The notes beneath the pieces are model-generated. The model made no database searches. It saw nothing but the letters and a program-made list of their open reading frames with translations, and was not told where the DNA came from. A DNA stretch of 64,000 nt from Myxococcota bacterium (GTDB lineage: Bacteria > Myxococcota_A > UBA9160 > UBA6930), in the NCBI GenBank assembly GCA_965223415.1, contig OZ245002.1, forward strand, positions 3,936,001 to 4,000,000, read 5' to 3'. Numbering within the stretch: the stretch's first letter is position 1; each line of letters begins with the position of its first letter. The position numbers and the translations under genes were made by a program. Below, one piece after another: positions 8,728-18,222 of this stretch.

Positions 8728-9360
8728 ATGGACTGGGTCCGGCCGGTCTGCCACGAGCTCGGGAACCTGCTGGCAGGTGTCCAGCTCTCGGGGCACTTCC
8801 TGGGCGGCGAGCTCTCCGATCGCGATCGCCGGCAGGTGGCCCGGGACGTCCAGCTCCTGAGTGCCCAGGCCGGCGCATGGGTCGCGCTGATCCGTCCGCT
8901 CCAGCTGCGCAAACCGCCGCTCTCCCGGGTGGCACCGGCCGAGATCCTGGCCGCCCTGCGCCGGAGCGTCGATGAGCTCTTGTGGAAGCCCGACCAGCTC
9001 AAGGTGTCGAAGGGCACGCGGCAGTCGGACGTCCGGGTCGACTCGGACGCGGTCCACCATCTGCTGGCGCTCCTCGTGAGCGCCGCCCTCGCCGACGGGG
9101 GCGCGACCTCCCAGCTCCGCCTGGGCACCCGCCAGCAGTCGCGGCACCTGGTGCTGGCGCTGACCGATACGGGCCCGGTCCTGCCCAAGCCCACGGCGGT
9201 GCCCGCGGCCCGCGGGCGGGAGCTGGCGCTCCAGGTGGGCGACGCGATCCTGCGGGCCGGCGGCGGAAGGCTCGCTCTCGTGTCGCGCCGCGTGGGCAAT
9301 CGCATCGAGCTCTACCTGCCCTGGGCGCCTCGCCGGGCTCGGGCGGCGCGGCGCGGCTAG
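8728..9360 (+). CDS. Sensor-less histidine-kinase-like protein (H-box plus degenerate ATPase domain)
   Basis: CHELGNLLAG H-box and LTDTGP G1 box; N-box and G2 box degenerate. Confidence 0.6.
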   Translation: MDWVRPVCHELGNLLAGVQLSGHFLGGELSDRDRRQVARDVQLLSAQAGAWVALIRPLQLRKPPLSRVAPAEILAALRRSVDELLWKPDQLKVSKGTRQSDVRVDSDAVHHLLALLVSAALADGGATSQLRLGTRQQSRHLVLALTDTGPVLPKPTAVPAARGRELALQVGDAILRAGGGRLALVSRRVGNRIELYLPWAPRRARAARRG

Positions 9361-9403
9361 CCCCGTTCCGGCGCGACCGCGTTCCTGGAACCGGGCTCCG
9401 TCG

Positions 9404-10327
9404 TCAGGCGGCCCGCGCCAGGGTGGCCTTGGCGGCGCGGCCCGCCCGGATCGCCCCGGTGGGCTCGCGGAGGTCCCAGACGAGCCCCACCCATGAGAGC
9501 GCCTTCAGCACGTACCAGGTCACGTCCACCTCCCACCAGAAGAAGCCGTTGCGGGCGGCCGCCTGGTAGTAGTGGTGGTTGTTGTGCCAGCCTTCGCCGC
9601 AGGTGAGCAGCGCGATCCACAGGTTGTTGCGGCTGGTGTCCGTCGTCTCGTAGCGGCGCGAGCCCCAGAGGTGGGCCAGGGAGTTCACGCAGTAGGTGGC
9701 GTGCCACAGGGCCGTGGTCGAGACGGCGAAGCCCCACACCAGGCCCGGGAAGCCCGCGACCAGGCCGCACAGCACGGCGAGGGTGAGCGGCGGTACCCAG
9801 TGGTGCTTGTTCAGCCACACGAGCTCCGGGAAGCGCGCGAAGTCCTTGATCACGTCCTCCGGCGTGCCCTCCCAGCGGGAGTCGAAGATCCAGCCCTGGT
9901 GGGAGTGGTACCAGCCGTCCTTCGGACTGTGGGGGTCGCCTTCCTGGTCGGAGAAGCGATGGTGGCGCCGGTGGTTGCCCGCCCACCAGAGCGGCCCCTT
10001 CTGGGTGGCGGAACAGCCGATCCAGGCGATCACGAACTGGAAGATGCGGCCGGTCTTGTAGCTCTTGTGGGAGAAGTAGCGGTGGTAGGCGCCGGTGATG
10101 CCGAGGACCCGCACCACGTAGGTGGCCACGCCGAGCAGTACGGCCTCGACGGGCGCGCCGACCACCAGGACCAGGAGACAGGCGGCGTGAATGCCCCAGT
10201 AGACGGCCCTGGAGAGCACGTCCGTGCGGGTCAGCCAGCCGTCGGAGGCCTCGAAGCCCTGGCGGTAGCTCTCGGGCTCGGGCGTCCCGGGGCGCGGATC
10301 TTCCTTGGCCGGTGCAGCGCTCGCCAT
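9404..10327 (-). CDS. Membrane acyl-CoA (delta-9-like) desaturase
   Basis: Three His boxes: HRYFSH, HRRHH, GEGWHNNHH. Confidence 0.92.
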   Translation of the reverse strand: MASAAPAKEDPRPGTPEPESYRQGFEASDGWLTRTDVLSRAVYWGIHAACLLVLVVGAPVEAVLLGVATYVVRVLGITGAYHRYFSHKSYKTGRIFQFVIAWIGCSATQKGPLWWAGNHRRHHRFSDQEGDPHSPKDGWYHSHQGWIFDSRWEGTPEDVIKDFARFPELVWLNKHHWVPPLTLAVLCGLVAGFPGLVWGFAVSTTALWHATYCVNSLAHLWGSRRYETTDTSRNNLWIALLTCGEGWHNNHHYYQAAARNGFFWWEVDVTWYVLKALSWVGLVWDLREPTGAIRAGRAAKATLARAA

Positions 10328-10492
10328 GTTCCCTCCGGATGAGCGGTCGCGAGGATACGGACCCTTTCGGTGGCCGGGGCGCCTGGCCTGTGAAACTTGC
10401 GTAAATCCCCGGTTCGATGGGGTATCGGCCCCACGGCTGCCGACGGGAAGCGCTGGCGGGGGCCCGGAGCTTCCCCCACAATCGGGCGCGCC

Positions 10493-11308
10493 ATGGCGAC
10501 GAACCCCATCGAGCCCCTGGGACTGTCCCCGCAGGAACGCGACGCCTACCGGGAGGACGGCTTCTTCTTTCGCGCGGCCGTGCTGAGCTCCGACGAGGTG
10601 GACGGGCTTCGCACCGCCGCCGAGGAGGTGGTGAAGCGAGCCGAGCAGGCCGTGGCCGGGAGCGAGGACTGCTACGCCATCGACGGCAACCAGTACGTGG
10701 AGGTCCGGGAGCTCGGTGACGGCTCGACGGTCCAGCTCGAGCACGCGCCCGGCTCGCGCACGATCCGGGTGATCGAGCCCTTCCACTTCCTGCACCCGGT
10801 CTTCGACCGGCTCGTCGACGATCCCCGCATCGTCGAGCCCATGCGGGGACTCGTGGGAACGGAGAGGATCGCCCTCTTCTCGGACAAGATGAACCTGAAG
10901 CGTCCCCGGGAGGGCTCGCGCTTCGACTGGCACCAGGATTCGCCCTACTGGGCGCACTTCTGCGACCACCTGGACCAGCTCCCCAACGTGCTCGTCGCCC
11001 TCGACGACGCCGATGCGCAGAACGGATGCTTCCGCGTGGTGCGCGGCAGCCACACCCAGGGCTGCCTGCCGGGACGCGAAGGCGAGGGCACCCTGGGTCC
11101 GCTCTTCACCCATCCCGATCACTTCGACGAGACGGAACAGGTCGCCCTCGAGGTGCCGGCGGGCTCCCTCGTCTTCTTCAGCCCCCACACCGTGCACGGC
11201 TCCCAGCCCAATCGCTCGGGCCGCGCCCGTCGCGCCCTGGTCCTGACCTACCAGCCCGGCGGCCGGCGCATGTTCAAGATCGACCGGGTGCGGGGCGTCG
11301 GACGTTAG
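10493..11308 (+). CDS. Phytanoyl-CoA dioxygenase family 2OG-Fe(II) oxygenase
   Basis: WHQD, NGCFRVVRGSH, VHGSQPNRS..RR. Confidence 0.88.
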   Translation: MATNPIEPLGLSPQERDAYREDGFFFRAAVLSSDEVDGLRTAAEEVVKRAEQAVAGSEDCYAIDGNQYVEVRELGDGSTVQLEHAPGSRTIRVIEPFHFLHPVFDRLVDDPRIVEPMRGLVGTERIALFSDKMNLKRPREGSRFDWHQDSPYWAHFCDHLDQLPNVLVALDDADAQNGCFRVVRGSHTQGCLPGREGEGTLGPLFTHPDHFDETEQVALEVPAGSLVFFSPHTVHGSQPNRSGRARRALVLTYQPGGRRMFKIDRVRGVGR

Positions 11309-12156
11309 GCGATCAGCACCTCGCGGCACCACGAGTGCAGCCGGGTGTCGTCCACGGCCCAGGCCCAGAACGCCGCGAGCCAACGCTCGGCTGCATCCCG
11401 GTAGGCGGCGAGCCCGTGCTCGGCGAGCCAGCGGCCGGCGAAGGCGCGATCCGCGTCGGTGGCGGCCGGTGACATCGCCGGCGCCAGGTAGATCGCCGCG
11501 CCCAGCGGGTCGAGGCGCCGATCGCCGATCAGGGTGACCGGACCGAAATCGAGGACGGCGCTGATCCCGTCGCCGTCGACCAGGACGTTGCCCGGGAAGA
11601 AGTCCATGTGCACGAGGTCGCCGCGCGCGGGCTCCGGGAGCGCGCGGGCCAGGGCCGCCGCGTCGACCGCGTCGAAGCCGGGGCCCGCCCTCGCCAGGCT
11701 TCGCGCCGCACGCGCCTCGAGATAGTCGCGTTGGGTCGGCGTGTGGATCGGATCCGCCGCCAGCAGATCGCCGAACCACGGGCGCGGGAGGGGGAGGTCG
11801 CCGATGCGGTCCGCAGCGGTCAGGTAGGCGTCGAGGAGTGCCTCACGGCGGTCGCCCCGGGCTTCCCGGAGCACGTCGCACATCGCTCGCCCCGGAAGCC
11901 GGCGCTCGACCGAGACGATCCAGTCGTCGCGGGCTTCGGTCTCGAGCACCTCGGGAAGCTCGAAGGGCACCGCGTTCCGACCCCGACCCAGCTCGGCGTA
12001 GAGCTCCGCCCGGCGTTCGACGGCCGCGCGGCTCGTTCCCGGCCGATGCACGCGCAGGACGCGAGACCCGTTCAGGGCGTACACCTGCGCCTCGCCGCCC
12101 TCTCCCAGCAGCGCGTCCGGACCGAGGCCGAACGCCCGAAGCGCCTCTTCAGGCAT
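11305..12156 (-). CDS. APH/choline-kinase-like phosphotransferase
   Basis: LGEGGEA, HMDFFPGNVL, LDFG. Confidence 0.8.
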   Translation of the reverse strand: MPEEALRAFGLGPDALLGEGGEAQVYALNGSRVLRVHRPGTSRAAVERRAELYAELGRGRNAVPFELPEVLETEARDDWIVSVERRLPGRAMCDVLREARGDRREALLDAYLTAADRIGDLPLPRPWFGDLLAADPIHTPTQRDYLEARAARSLARAGPGFDAVDAAALARALPEPARGDLVHMDFFPGNVLVDGDGISAVLDFGPVTLIGDRRLDPLGAAIYLAPAMSPAATDADRAFAGRWLAEHGLAAYRDAAERWLAAFWAWAVDDTRLHSWCREVLIA

Positions 12157-12916
12157 CCGGGTCGGTGGCCGCGCCCCGCCGCAAGGCGAGCACGAGCACC
12201 GTCGCACCGACGGCGCCGGCCAGCACCATCAGGCCCTGGGCCGGGGTCCAGCCGAAGTAGCGGGCATCGCCGGTGCGCAGCCCATCCAGGGCGAAACGGC
12301 CGGGCGCGTAGAGCAGGAAGAAGAGGCCGAAGAAGAAGCCGGTCGGCCGGGGCCTGCGCGCCAGTGCCACGAACACGAGGGCGATGACGCCCACGAACAG
12401 GAACTCGAGCAGCCCCAGGTCGAAGCGCGGGCCGTCCGGGAAGGCGACCGCCAGTGGGTGGGTCGAGGCCACGCCCAGGTGGTCGTGCTGGAGTGCACAG
12501 CCGAGGCGCCCGGTGGCCAGGGTGAAGGGCAGGGCGAAGACGCAGAGGTCGAACAAGCGCAGCGCGTCCCGGGGGCCGGTGCCCTGCCAGCGCATCACGA
12601 GGAGCAGGCCGAGCAGCCCGCCGACCATGCCCCCGGTGGAGGAGAGGCTTCCCCAGACGGCGAGTAGCACGAGCGGGTTCTCCCGCAGCTGCTCCGGGAA
12701 GTAGAAGAGCACGTCGAAGACGTGGGCCGAGACCAGACCGATGCCGATGGCCCAGATGCACAGGCTGCCGGCGCGCTCGGAGCTGAGCGCGAAGCGGGGC
12801 GCCGCCCGGACGACGACCTGGTACTGCACGATGACGGCGGTCAGGGTCAGGACCCGGAAAGCGGTCAGTTCGTAGCCGCCGAGCTCGAGGGTGGGGTGCG
12901 GGATGTAGGGCAGCAC
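12149..12916 (-). CDS. Prolipoprotein diacylglyceryl transferase family protein
   Basis: LSSTGGMVG, GRLGCALQHDH.G, YAPGRF; multi-TM; GTG start inferred. Confidence 0.75.
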   Translation of the reverse strand: MLPYIPHPTLELGGYELTAFRVLTLTAVIVQYQVVVRAAPRFALSSERAGSLCIWAIGIGLVSAHVFDVLFYFPEQLRENPLVLLAVWGSLSSTGGMVGGLLGLLLVMRWQGTGPRDALRLFDLCVFALPFTLATGRLGCALQHDHLGVASTHPLAVAFPDGPRFDLGLLEFLFVGVIALVFVALARRPRPTGFFFGLFFLLYAPGRFALDGLRTGDARYFGWTPAQGLMVLAGAVGATVLVLALRRGAATDPDA

Positions 12917-12949
12917 GGGAGCGGAGCGTAGACGATACGATGGGCGTCC

Positions 12950-13657
12950 GTGAGCGCGCCGTCCCGCAAACCGCCTCGCGAGCAGCTCGGCCAGACCGTC
13001 GGGCTCCTGCTCTTCGGCCTGCTCGTGCTCCGCCAGGTGTCGCTCTTCCCGGACCCGCTGAATCCCATCGACGGCCTGCGCTGGCTCCTGATCAGCCTGT
13101 TCTTCCTGCTGGCCTGCTCCGCCTACGCGACGCGCCACGCCGCCCGGGTGCTCGCCCGCGGACCGCTGGACGTGCTCCTGCCCCTCGTCTGCGCGGCCCT
13201 TCCGCTGGTCCAGAGCCAGGTGCCCTCCGACCTGGCCCGGGAGCTGGGCGCCGGGCTCGCAGCCTTGGGCCTGCCGCGGGACGGGCTCTGGGTCCGCCGC
13301 CTGGACGCCGGGCCGGGGTTGGGCCTCGGCCTCGCCGCCTTGGGCGAGCTCGTCATGCTCGCCGGGTTGATCAGCCTGCGCCGCTCCTTCAGCATCTTCA
13401 CCGAGGCGCGGGAGCTCGTGACGACGGGGCTCTACCGCTGGGTGCGTCATCCCCTCTACCTGGGCGAGATCGCGACCGTCTGGGGTATCGCCCTCTCCTG
13501 GCCGACGCTCTGGGCCTTCGGCCTGGCGGGCGTGTTCAGTGGGCTCCAGCTCTGGCGGGCGCGCCGGGAGGAGCGGCTCCTGGCGAGCGTCTTCCCCGAG
13601 TACGCGGGCTACCGCCGGGAAGCGGGGTTCCTGTGGCCCCGCCGCGGTGCGCCCTAG
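12950..13657 (+). CDS. Isoprenylcysteine carboxyl methyltransferase (ICMT/PEMT-like) family protein
   Basis: LVTTGLYRWVRHPLYLG and REERLL..F.EY..Y. Confidence 0.82.
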   Translation: MSAPSRKPPREQLGQTVGLLLFGLLVLRQVSLFPDPLNPIDGLRWLLISLFFLLACSAYATRHAARVLARGPLDVLLPLVCAALPLVQSQVPSDLARELGAGLAALGLPRDGLWVRRLDAGPGLGLGLAALGELVMLAGLISLRRSFSIFTEARELVTTGLYRWVRHPLYLGEIATVWGIALSWPTLWAFGLAGVFSGLQLWRARREERLLASVFPEYAGYRREAGFLWPRRGAP

Positions 13658-15182
13658 CCCTGATCCGGCATTGAGATCACGGATCCGAGCGTAGGTCTGG
13701 CGGGCTCACGCGGCGAGCGCGGTCTCGGCGGCCCGGATGGTGGAGCGGCTGCGCGAGGACGCGGCGATTCGGAGCGAAGCGCGTCCGGCAGGCCGAGCGA
13801 TGCGGCCAGGGAGCTGGATCAGCTCGAAGCGGAGCGTGCGGAGCGAGGGGAAGCGGAGCCGGGCGGTCCGCTTTCGGCCGTTGGGTCGCTCTGGCAGGCC
13901 AAGCGTGGCTTGGAAGTCCCGCACCAGGTTGTGGGTCAGGGCACTGAGCAGCTGCCAGTTGCTGTTGGCGTCCCAGTCCTGGGTCGGGATGGTGGCGAAC
14001 GCCAGGTGCTGTTTGAGCTCGGCCAGCGTCTTCTCGTGGCCGCCGCGTCCGGCCATGAAGGCCCAGACGGCGGCCTCGCTGGTCCGCTTGTTCGTCGCGA
14101 CCATCGAGTACTCGTAGTGGCCATCGTCCGGGGTGAAGAGGTCGAGCTGGAAGTTCTTCGCGCTTCGCCCGGAGACCTTCTTGCGGAACACCACGATCCG
14201 CTCGCAGCGCTTCCACTGTGGGATCCGGTGGACGACGGAGAAGGCGTCGACGCTCGCGTTGACGCGGTGCCAACGCTTCCGGGCGGCGATCTTCTCACGC
14301 ACGCCGAGCCAGCGCCACATGGGGACCTTGAGGGCGTACTCCACGCGAGAGGCCGTGAGAACCTCGAGAACGGCCTTCTGGAAGAAGGCGCCATCGAGCC
14401 GCACCTCGATCGGGACCCGATCGAGGCGCCGCTTCGCGTCGCCCAGGAGAAAGGCCAGCTTCTCCGCAGCGCCCACCGCATCGTTCACATTGCCCGGCCG
14501 GTTCCATACGCCGAGCAGCTGGCTCGTCTGCGCCAGGTGCGCCGTCAGCGGGTAGTAGGACGGGTCCTTCGGGTGATGTGGGTTGAAGCCGCGCTCGGCG
14601 CCGTCCACGTACTCGCCCGTCCGAAGCACGGTGCCGTCCAGCTCGATCGTGGCCCGCTCCAAGCCGAGCCCTGTGTGGGTTCCATAGGCCATGTCCCGCA
14701 GCAGTTCGTTCAGACGATCGCGGTAGCCCGACGTCAGCTCCTTCAGGTTCCTCGCCAGGGTCCGCTCGTCCGGAAGCCGCTGCAATCGGACGAACCGCCG
14801 AAACAACGGATCCCGATCGAGCACCCGGACATGCGAGAGACGGCTCCCTCCCAGCAGCAGCATCCCCACCACCACCAGCATGCAGCGGAAGGATCCGTAG
14901 TCCGAGTCGAACGCCCGATCCGCAAAGGCCGCTTTCAGGCGCTCTGCCCAAAAGCGGTCGAAGAAGCGCCGGAACAGCTCCAGCCCGCCGTAGCTCGTCA
15001 GCGCCTCATCCGTGAAGGCGATCGACAATTCGCCCTTGACGCGGGCTCGAATCCGGTGTCTGCTTAGCTTCACGAATGTGGCTCCTCGGAGGCATGATGG
15101 TGGTTGGCACTTCCATCAAGCACACCGACGGAGCCACTTTCAATTCCGGGCTTTCCCTACACCTCGCAATGCCGGATCAGGG
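13658..15182 (-). mobile_element. Complete IS1380-family element with 16-bp TIRs and CTAG target duplication
   Basis: CCCTGATCCGGCATTG (13658-13673) and CAATGCCGGATCAGGG (15167-15182); CTAG at 13654-13657 and 15183-15186. Confidence 0.92.
13706..15073 (-). CDS. IS1380-family DDE transposase
   Basis: LTSYGG, IELDGT, SYYPL, RPGN, RLDGAF, RGGHEKTLAELK, TLRFELI..PGRI. Confidence 0.88.
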   Translation of the reverse strand: MKLSRHRIRARVKGELSIAFTDEALTSYGGLELFRRFFDRFWAERLKAAFADRAFDSDYGSFRCMLVVVGMLLLGGSRLSHVRVLDRDPLFRRFVRLQRLPDERTLARNLKELTSGYRDRLNELLRDMAYGTHTGLGLERATIELDGTVLRTGEYVDGAERGFNPHHPKDPSYYPLTAHLAQTSQLLGVWNRPGNVNDAVGAAEKLAFLLGDAKRRLDRVPIEVRLDGAFFQKAVLEVLTASRVEYALKVPMWRWLGVREKIAARKRWHRVNASVDAFSVVHRIPQWKRCERIVVFRKKVSGRSAKNFQLDLFTPDDGHYEYSMVATNKRTSEAAVWAFMAGRGGHEKTLAELKQHLAFATIPTQDWDANSNWQLLSALTHNLVRDFQATLGLPERPNGRKRTARLRFPSLRTLRFELIQLPGRIARPAGRASLRIAASSRSRSTIRAAETALAA

Positions 15183-15803
15183 CTAGCTCTCGCCCTCGAT
15201 CGCCCGGGCCGCTTCGTCGAATGCGGCCGAGAGCTCGTCGTATCCTCGGGTGACCGGGAACTGGGGGAACTCGCGGATCACGTTGTCCGGCGGGCGGAAC
15301 AGGATGCCGCGATCGGCCTCGCCGAGCATGGTCGTGTCGTTGTAGGAATCGCCGGCCGCGATCGTCTGGAAGTTGAGGGAGCGGAAGGCCTGGACGGCCT
15401 TGCGCTTCGGGTCCTGCTGGCGCAGGTGGTAGTTCGCGATCCGGCCGTCGCCTGCGATCTCGAGATCGTGACAGAAGAGGGTGGGCCAGCCGAGCTGCTG
15501 CATCAGCGGCTTGGCGAACTGGTAGAAGGTGTCCGAGAGGATCACGACCTGCATGCGCGCCCGCAGCCGGTCCAGGAACGCGCCGGCGCCCTCCAGGGGC
15601 GTGAGGCCGGCGATGACCTCCTGGATGTCGGCGATGCCGAGGCCGTTCGTCTCCAGGATGCCGAGCCGGCGGGTCATCAGCTCGTCGTAGTCCGGGATGT
15701 CGCGGGTGGTGAGACGCAGCTCCTCGACGCCCGTTCGCTCGGCCACGCCGATCCAGATCTCGGGAACGAGGACCCCTTCGAGGTCCAGGCAAGCGATGAT
15801 CAT
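15183..15803 (-). CDS. thrH: Phosphoserine phosphatase / homoserine phosphotransferase
   Basis: [38 protein letters not shown]. Confidence 0.95.
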   Translation of the reverse strand: MIIACLDLEGVLVPEIWIGVAERTGVEELRLTTRDIPDYDELMTRRLGILETNGLGIADIQEVIAGLTPLEGAGAFLDRLRARMQVVILSDTFYQFAKPLMQQLGWPTLFCHDLEIAGDGRIANYHLRQQDPKRKAVQAFRSLNFQTIAAGDSYNDTTMLGEADRGILFRPPDNVIREFPQFPVTRGYDELSAAFDEAARAIEGES

Positions 15804-15812
15804 GGCGGCGGC

Positions 15813-17354
15813 CTACTCGGGAGCCGGGCCGGGGAACTGCTCGCGCAGGATCCGCTTCAGGATCTTCCCCGTCGGGTTGCGGGGGATCTCGTCTATGAAG
15901 TGCACGCTCCTCGGCTGCTTGAAGCGGGCGAGCTTGGTCTGACAAAACTGGATGACGTCGTCCTCCGTGACCTGCGTGTCCGGCTTGCGGACCACGATGG
16001 CGGCCGCGGATTCTCCCCACTTCGGTGACGGCATGCCAATCACGGCCACGTCGGCCACGTCCGGATGGGCGGAGATCGCGTTCTCCACCTCGGCCGGGTA
16101 CACGTTCTCGCCGCCGGAGATGATCATGTCCTTCTTCCGGTCCTGGATGTAGACGAAGCCCTCCTTGTCGATGGTCGCCAGGTCGCCGGAGTGGAGCCAG
16201 CCGCCCTGGATCGTCTCCGCCGTGGCGTCGGGCCGGTTCCAGTACTCCTTCATCAGGTGGCGGCCGCGGATGATCACCTCGCCGATCTCGCCGGGGGCCA
16301 CGTCGCGCCGGGCCTCGTCGACCACGCGCACGTCGGTGTGGAAGAAGGCCGGGCCCGTGGAGCCGGCCTTGGCGATGGCGGCCTCCGGGCTGATCAGGCA
16401 GGCGGGGCCGCCGGTCTCGGTGAGGCCGTAGACCTGGTGGATCTCGGTGCCGAGCTCCGCGTACTGCTCGATCAGCGGGACCGGCACGGGCGCGGCACCG
16501 GACATGAACCAGCGCAGGGTGGAGCGGTCGTGCTGGCCGTGGTTGCCCGCCGCGAGCATGAAGCGGAGCATCGCGGGTACGGCGAGGCCGACGGTGATCT
16601 GCTCGCGTTCGATCACGGGGAAGACCTGGGAAGGGTCGAAGGCGCGCATCAGCACCAGAGCCATGCCACGGTGGATGCCCGAGGTCAGCGGCGTCAGCGC
16701 ACCCACGTGGAAGAGCGGCAGCATCTGCAGGTAGCGATCGTCGAGCCGCATGTCCGCGGTCATGTTGATCGTCGTGGACGCCCACAGCATCGAGCTGTGG
16801 GTATGCACCGCGCCCTTGGGGAGGCCCGTCGTGCCCGAGGTGTACATGATGAAGAGGAGGTCGTCGCCTTCGGCGGCGATCTCGGGCTCGGCGTCGCTCG
16901 CGTCCGAGGTGAGTGCGTCGTAGCTCTGGGCGAAGCCCGCAGCGTCGCCCGGGCCGCCCGCGCGGATCCAGGTGCCGACGGGGGTGTCGCCTGCGTGAAG
17001 GGCCGCTGCGGCGTCGTCGAACTCCTGGTCGAAGAGGAGCACGGTCGATCCGGAATCGCCGAGGATGAACGACAGCTCGTCGGGGACGAGGCGCCAGTTG
17101 AGGGGCACCATCACCGCGCCGATCTTGGCGATGGCGAAGTAGGCCTCGACGTACTCGACGCCGTTCATCATCAGCACGGCGACCCGGTCGCCCTTGCCCG
17201 TGCCCTGATCGCGCAGGACGTGGGCGAGGCGGTTCGCGCGGGCGTTCAGCTCGCCGTAGCGGAACCGACGGCCCCGCTCGAGCTCGATCAGGGCCTCCCG
17301 GTCGGGGCCGAGGGCGGCGCGCTTGGTCAGGAAGAGTCCGAGATTCTCACGCAT
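15813..17354 (-). CDS. Long-chain fatty-acid--CoA ligase
   Basis: YTSGTTGLPKG, YGLTE, GWLHSGD, DRKKDMIISGGENVYP, GKILK. Confidence 0.92.
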   Translation of the reverse strand: MRENLGLFLTKRAALGPDREALIELERGRRFRYGELNARANRLAHVLRDQGTGKGDRVAVLMMNGVEYVEAYFAIAKIGAVMVPLNWRLVPDELSFILGDSGSTVLLFDQEFDDAAAALHAGDTPVGTWIRAGGPGDAAGFAQSYDALTSDASDAEPEIAAEGDDLLFIMYTSGTTGLPKGAVHTHSSMLWASTTINMTADMRLDDRYLQMLPLFHVGALTPLTSGIHRGMALVLMRAFDPSQVFPVIEREQITVGLAVPAMLRFMLAAGNHGQHDRSTLRWFMSGAAPVPVPLIEQYAELGTEIHQVYGLTETGGPACLISPEAAIAKAGSTGPAFFHTDVRVVDEARRDVAPGEIGEVIIRGRHLMKEYWNRPDATAETIQGGWLHSGDLATIDKEGFVYIQDRKKDMIISGGENVYPAEVENAISAHPDVADVAVIGMPSPKWGESAAAIVVRKPDTQVTEDDVIQFCQTKLARFKQPRSVHFIDEIPRNPTGKILKRILREQFPGPAPE

Positions 17355-17403
17355 GGGGGCATTATTCTTCGTGCGGCTGGGAAGGGGAAGGGGGGAGCGA
17401 GGC

Positions 17404-18186
17404 ATGCAGCCGCTCGAGGCGGTGTGGCTGGGGATCGTGCAGGGGTTGACCGAGTTCTTCCCGGTCTCGAGCTCCGGCCACCTGGTGATCGCCGAGACCC
17501 TGCTCGGCCACCTGGGCGAGGGCGTGCTCTTCGAGATCGCCGTCCACGTCGGCACGCTGATGGCGATCCTCGTCTTCTACCGGGAGCGGATCGCCGGGCT
17601 CCTGACCGGCCTGCTGGCCCGGGAGAGCGAGGCCTGGGTGTATTCGGGAAAGCTGGCCCTGGCGACGTTGCCGGCCGTGGTGGCCGGACTCCTGGCCAAG
17701 CCCTTCATCGAATCGCTGTTCGAGAGCCCGCCGGTGGTGGTGGGGACGCTGGCGGCGACGGGGGCGTTCCTGCTCACCATTCGATTCACCCAGCCACAGG
17801 CCGCCGCGCCGGCGCCGAGCTGGTCCCAGGCCTTCTGGATCGGCTGCGCCCAGATGCTGGCGATCGCGCCGGGGATCTCGCGCAGCGGCGCCACCGTCGC
17901 CGCGGCCCTGGCGCTGGGCGTGGCCCCGCTGGCGGCCACCGAGTTCTCGTTCCTGATGGCGGTGGCAGCCATCACCGGCGCTGCGGTGCTGGCGCTCCCG
18001 GAGGCGAACGCCGCCGACGCGAGCACGCTCTGGGCCTGCGCCATCGGCGCCCTCGCCGCCGCCGCATCGGGCCTGCTGGCGCTGCGCGGCTTCGTGCGCC
18101 TGCTCGAGAGCCAGCGCTTCCACCTCTTCGCCTACTACTGCTTCGCCGCCGCCGCCGCCTTCGGGACGTACCTGCTGTCAAGTTAG
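17404..18186 (+). CDS. uppP: Undecaprenyl-diphosphate phosphatase
   Basis: QGLTEFFPVSSSGHL, PGISRSGAT, EFSFL. Confidence 0.95.
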   Translation: MQPLEAVWLGIVQGLTEFFPVSSSGHLVIAETLLGHLGEGVLFEIAVHVGTLMAILVFYRERIAGLLTGLLARESEAWVYSGKLALATLPAVVAGLLAKPFIESLFESPPVVVGTLAATGAFLLTIRFTQPQAAAPAPSWSQAFWIGCAQMLAIAPGISRSGATVAAALALGVAPLAATEFSFLMAVAAITGAAVLALPEANAADASTLWACAIGALAAAASGLLALRGFVRLLESQRFHLFAYYCFAAAAAFGTYLLSS

Positions 18187-18204
18187 GTTCCTGGAACCCA
18201 ACTT
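18180..18204. terminator. Hairpin between convergent uppP and the sigma gene, possible terminator
   Basis: AAGTTaGGTTC-ctg-GAACCcAACTT. Confidence 0.35.
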
Positions 18205-18222
18205 AACGAATCGAGTCGGCGG

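Noticed and set aside
10390..10406. TGTGA half-site suggesting a CRP/FNR box
   Set aside because: The second half-site does not match.
11305..12156. Aminoglycoside resistance gene
   Set aside because: Only family-level APH/kinase motifs; substrate cannot be assigned.
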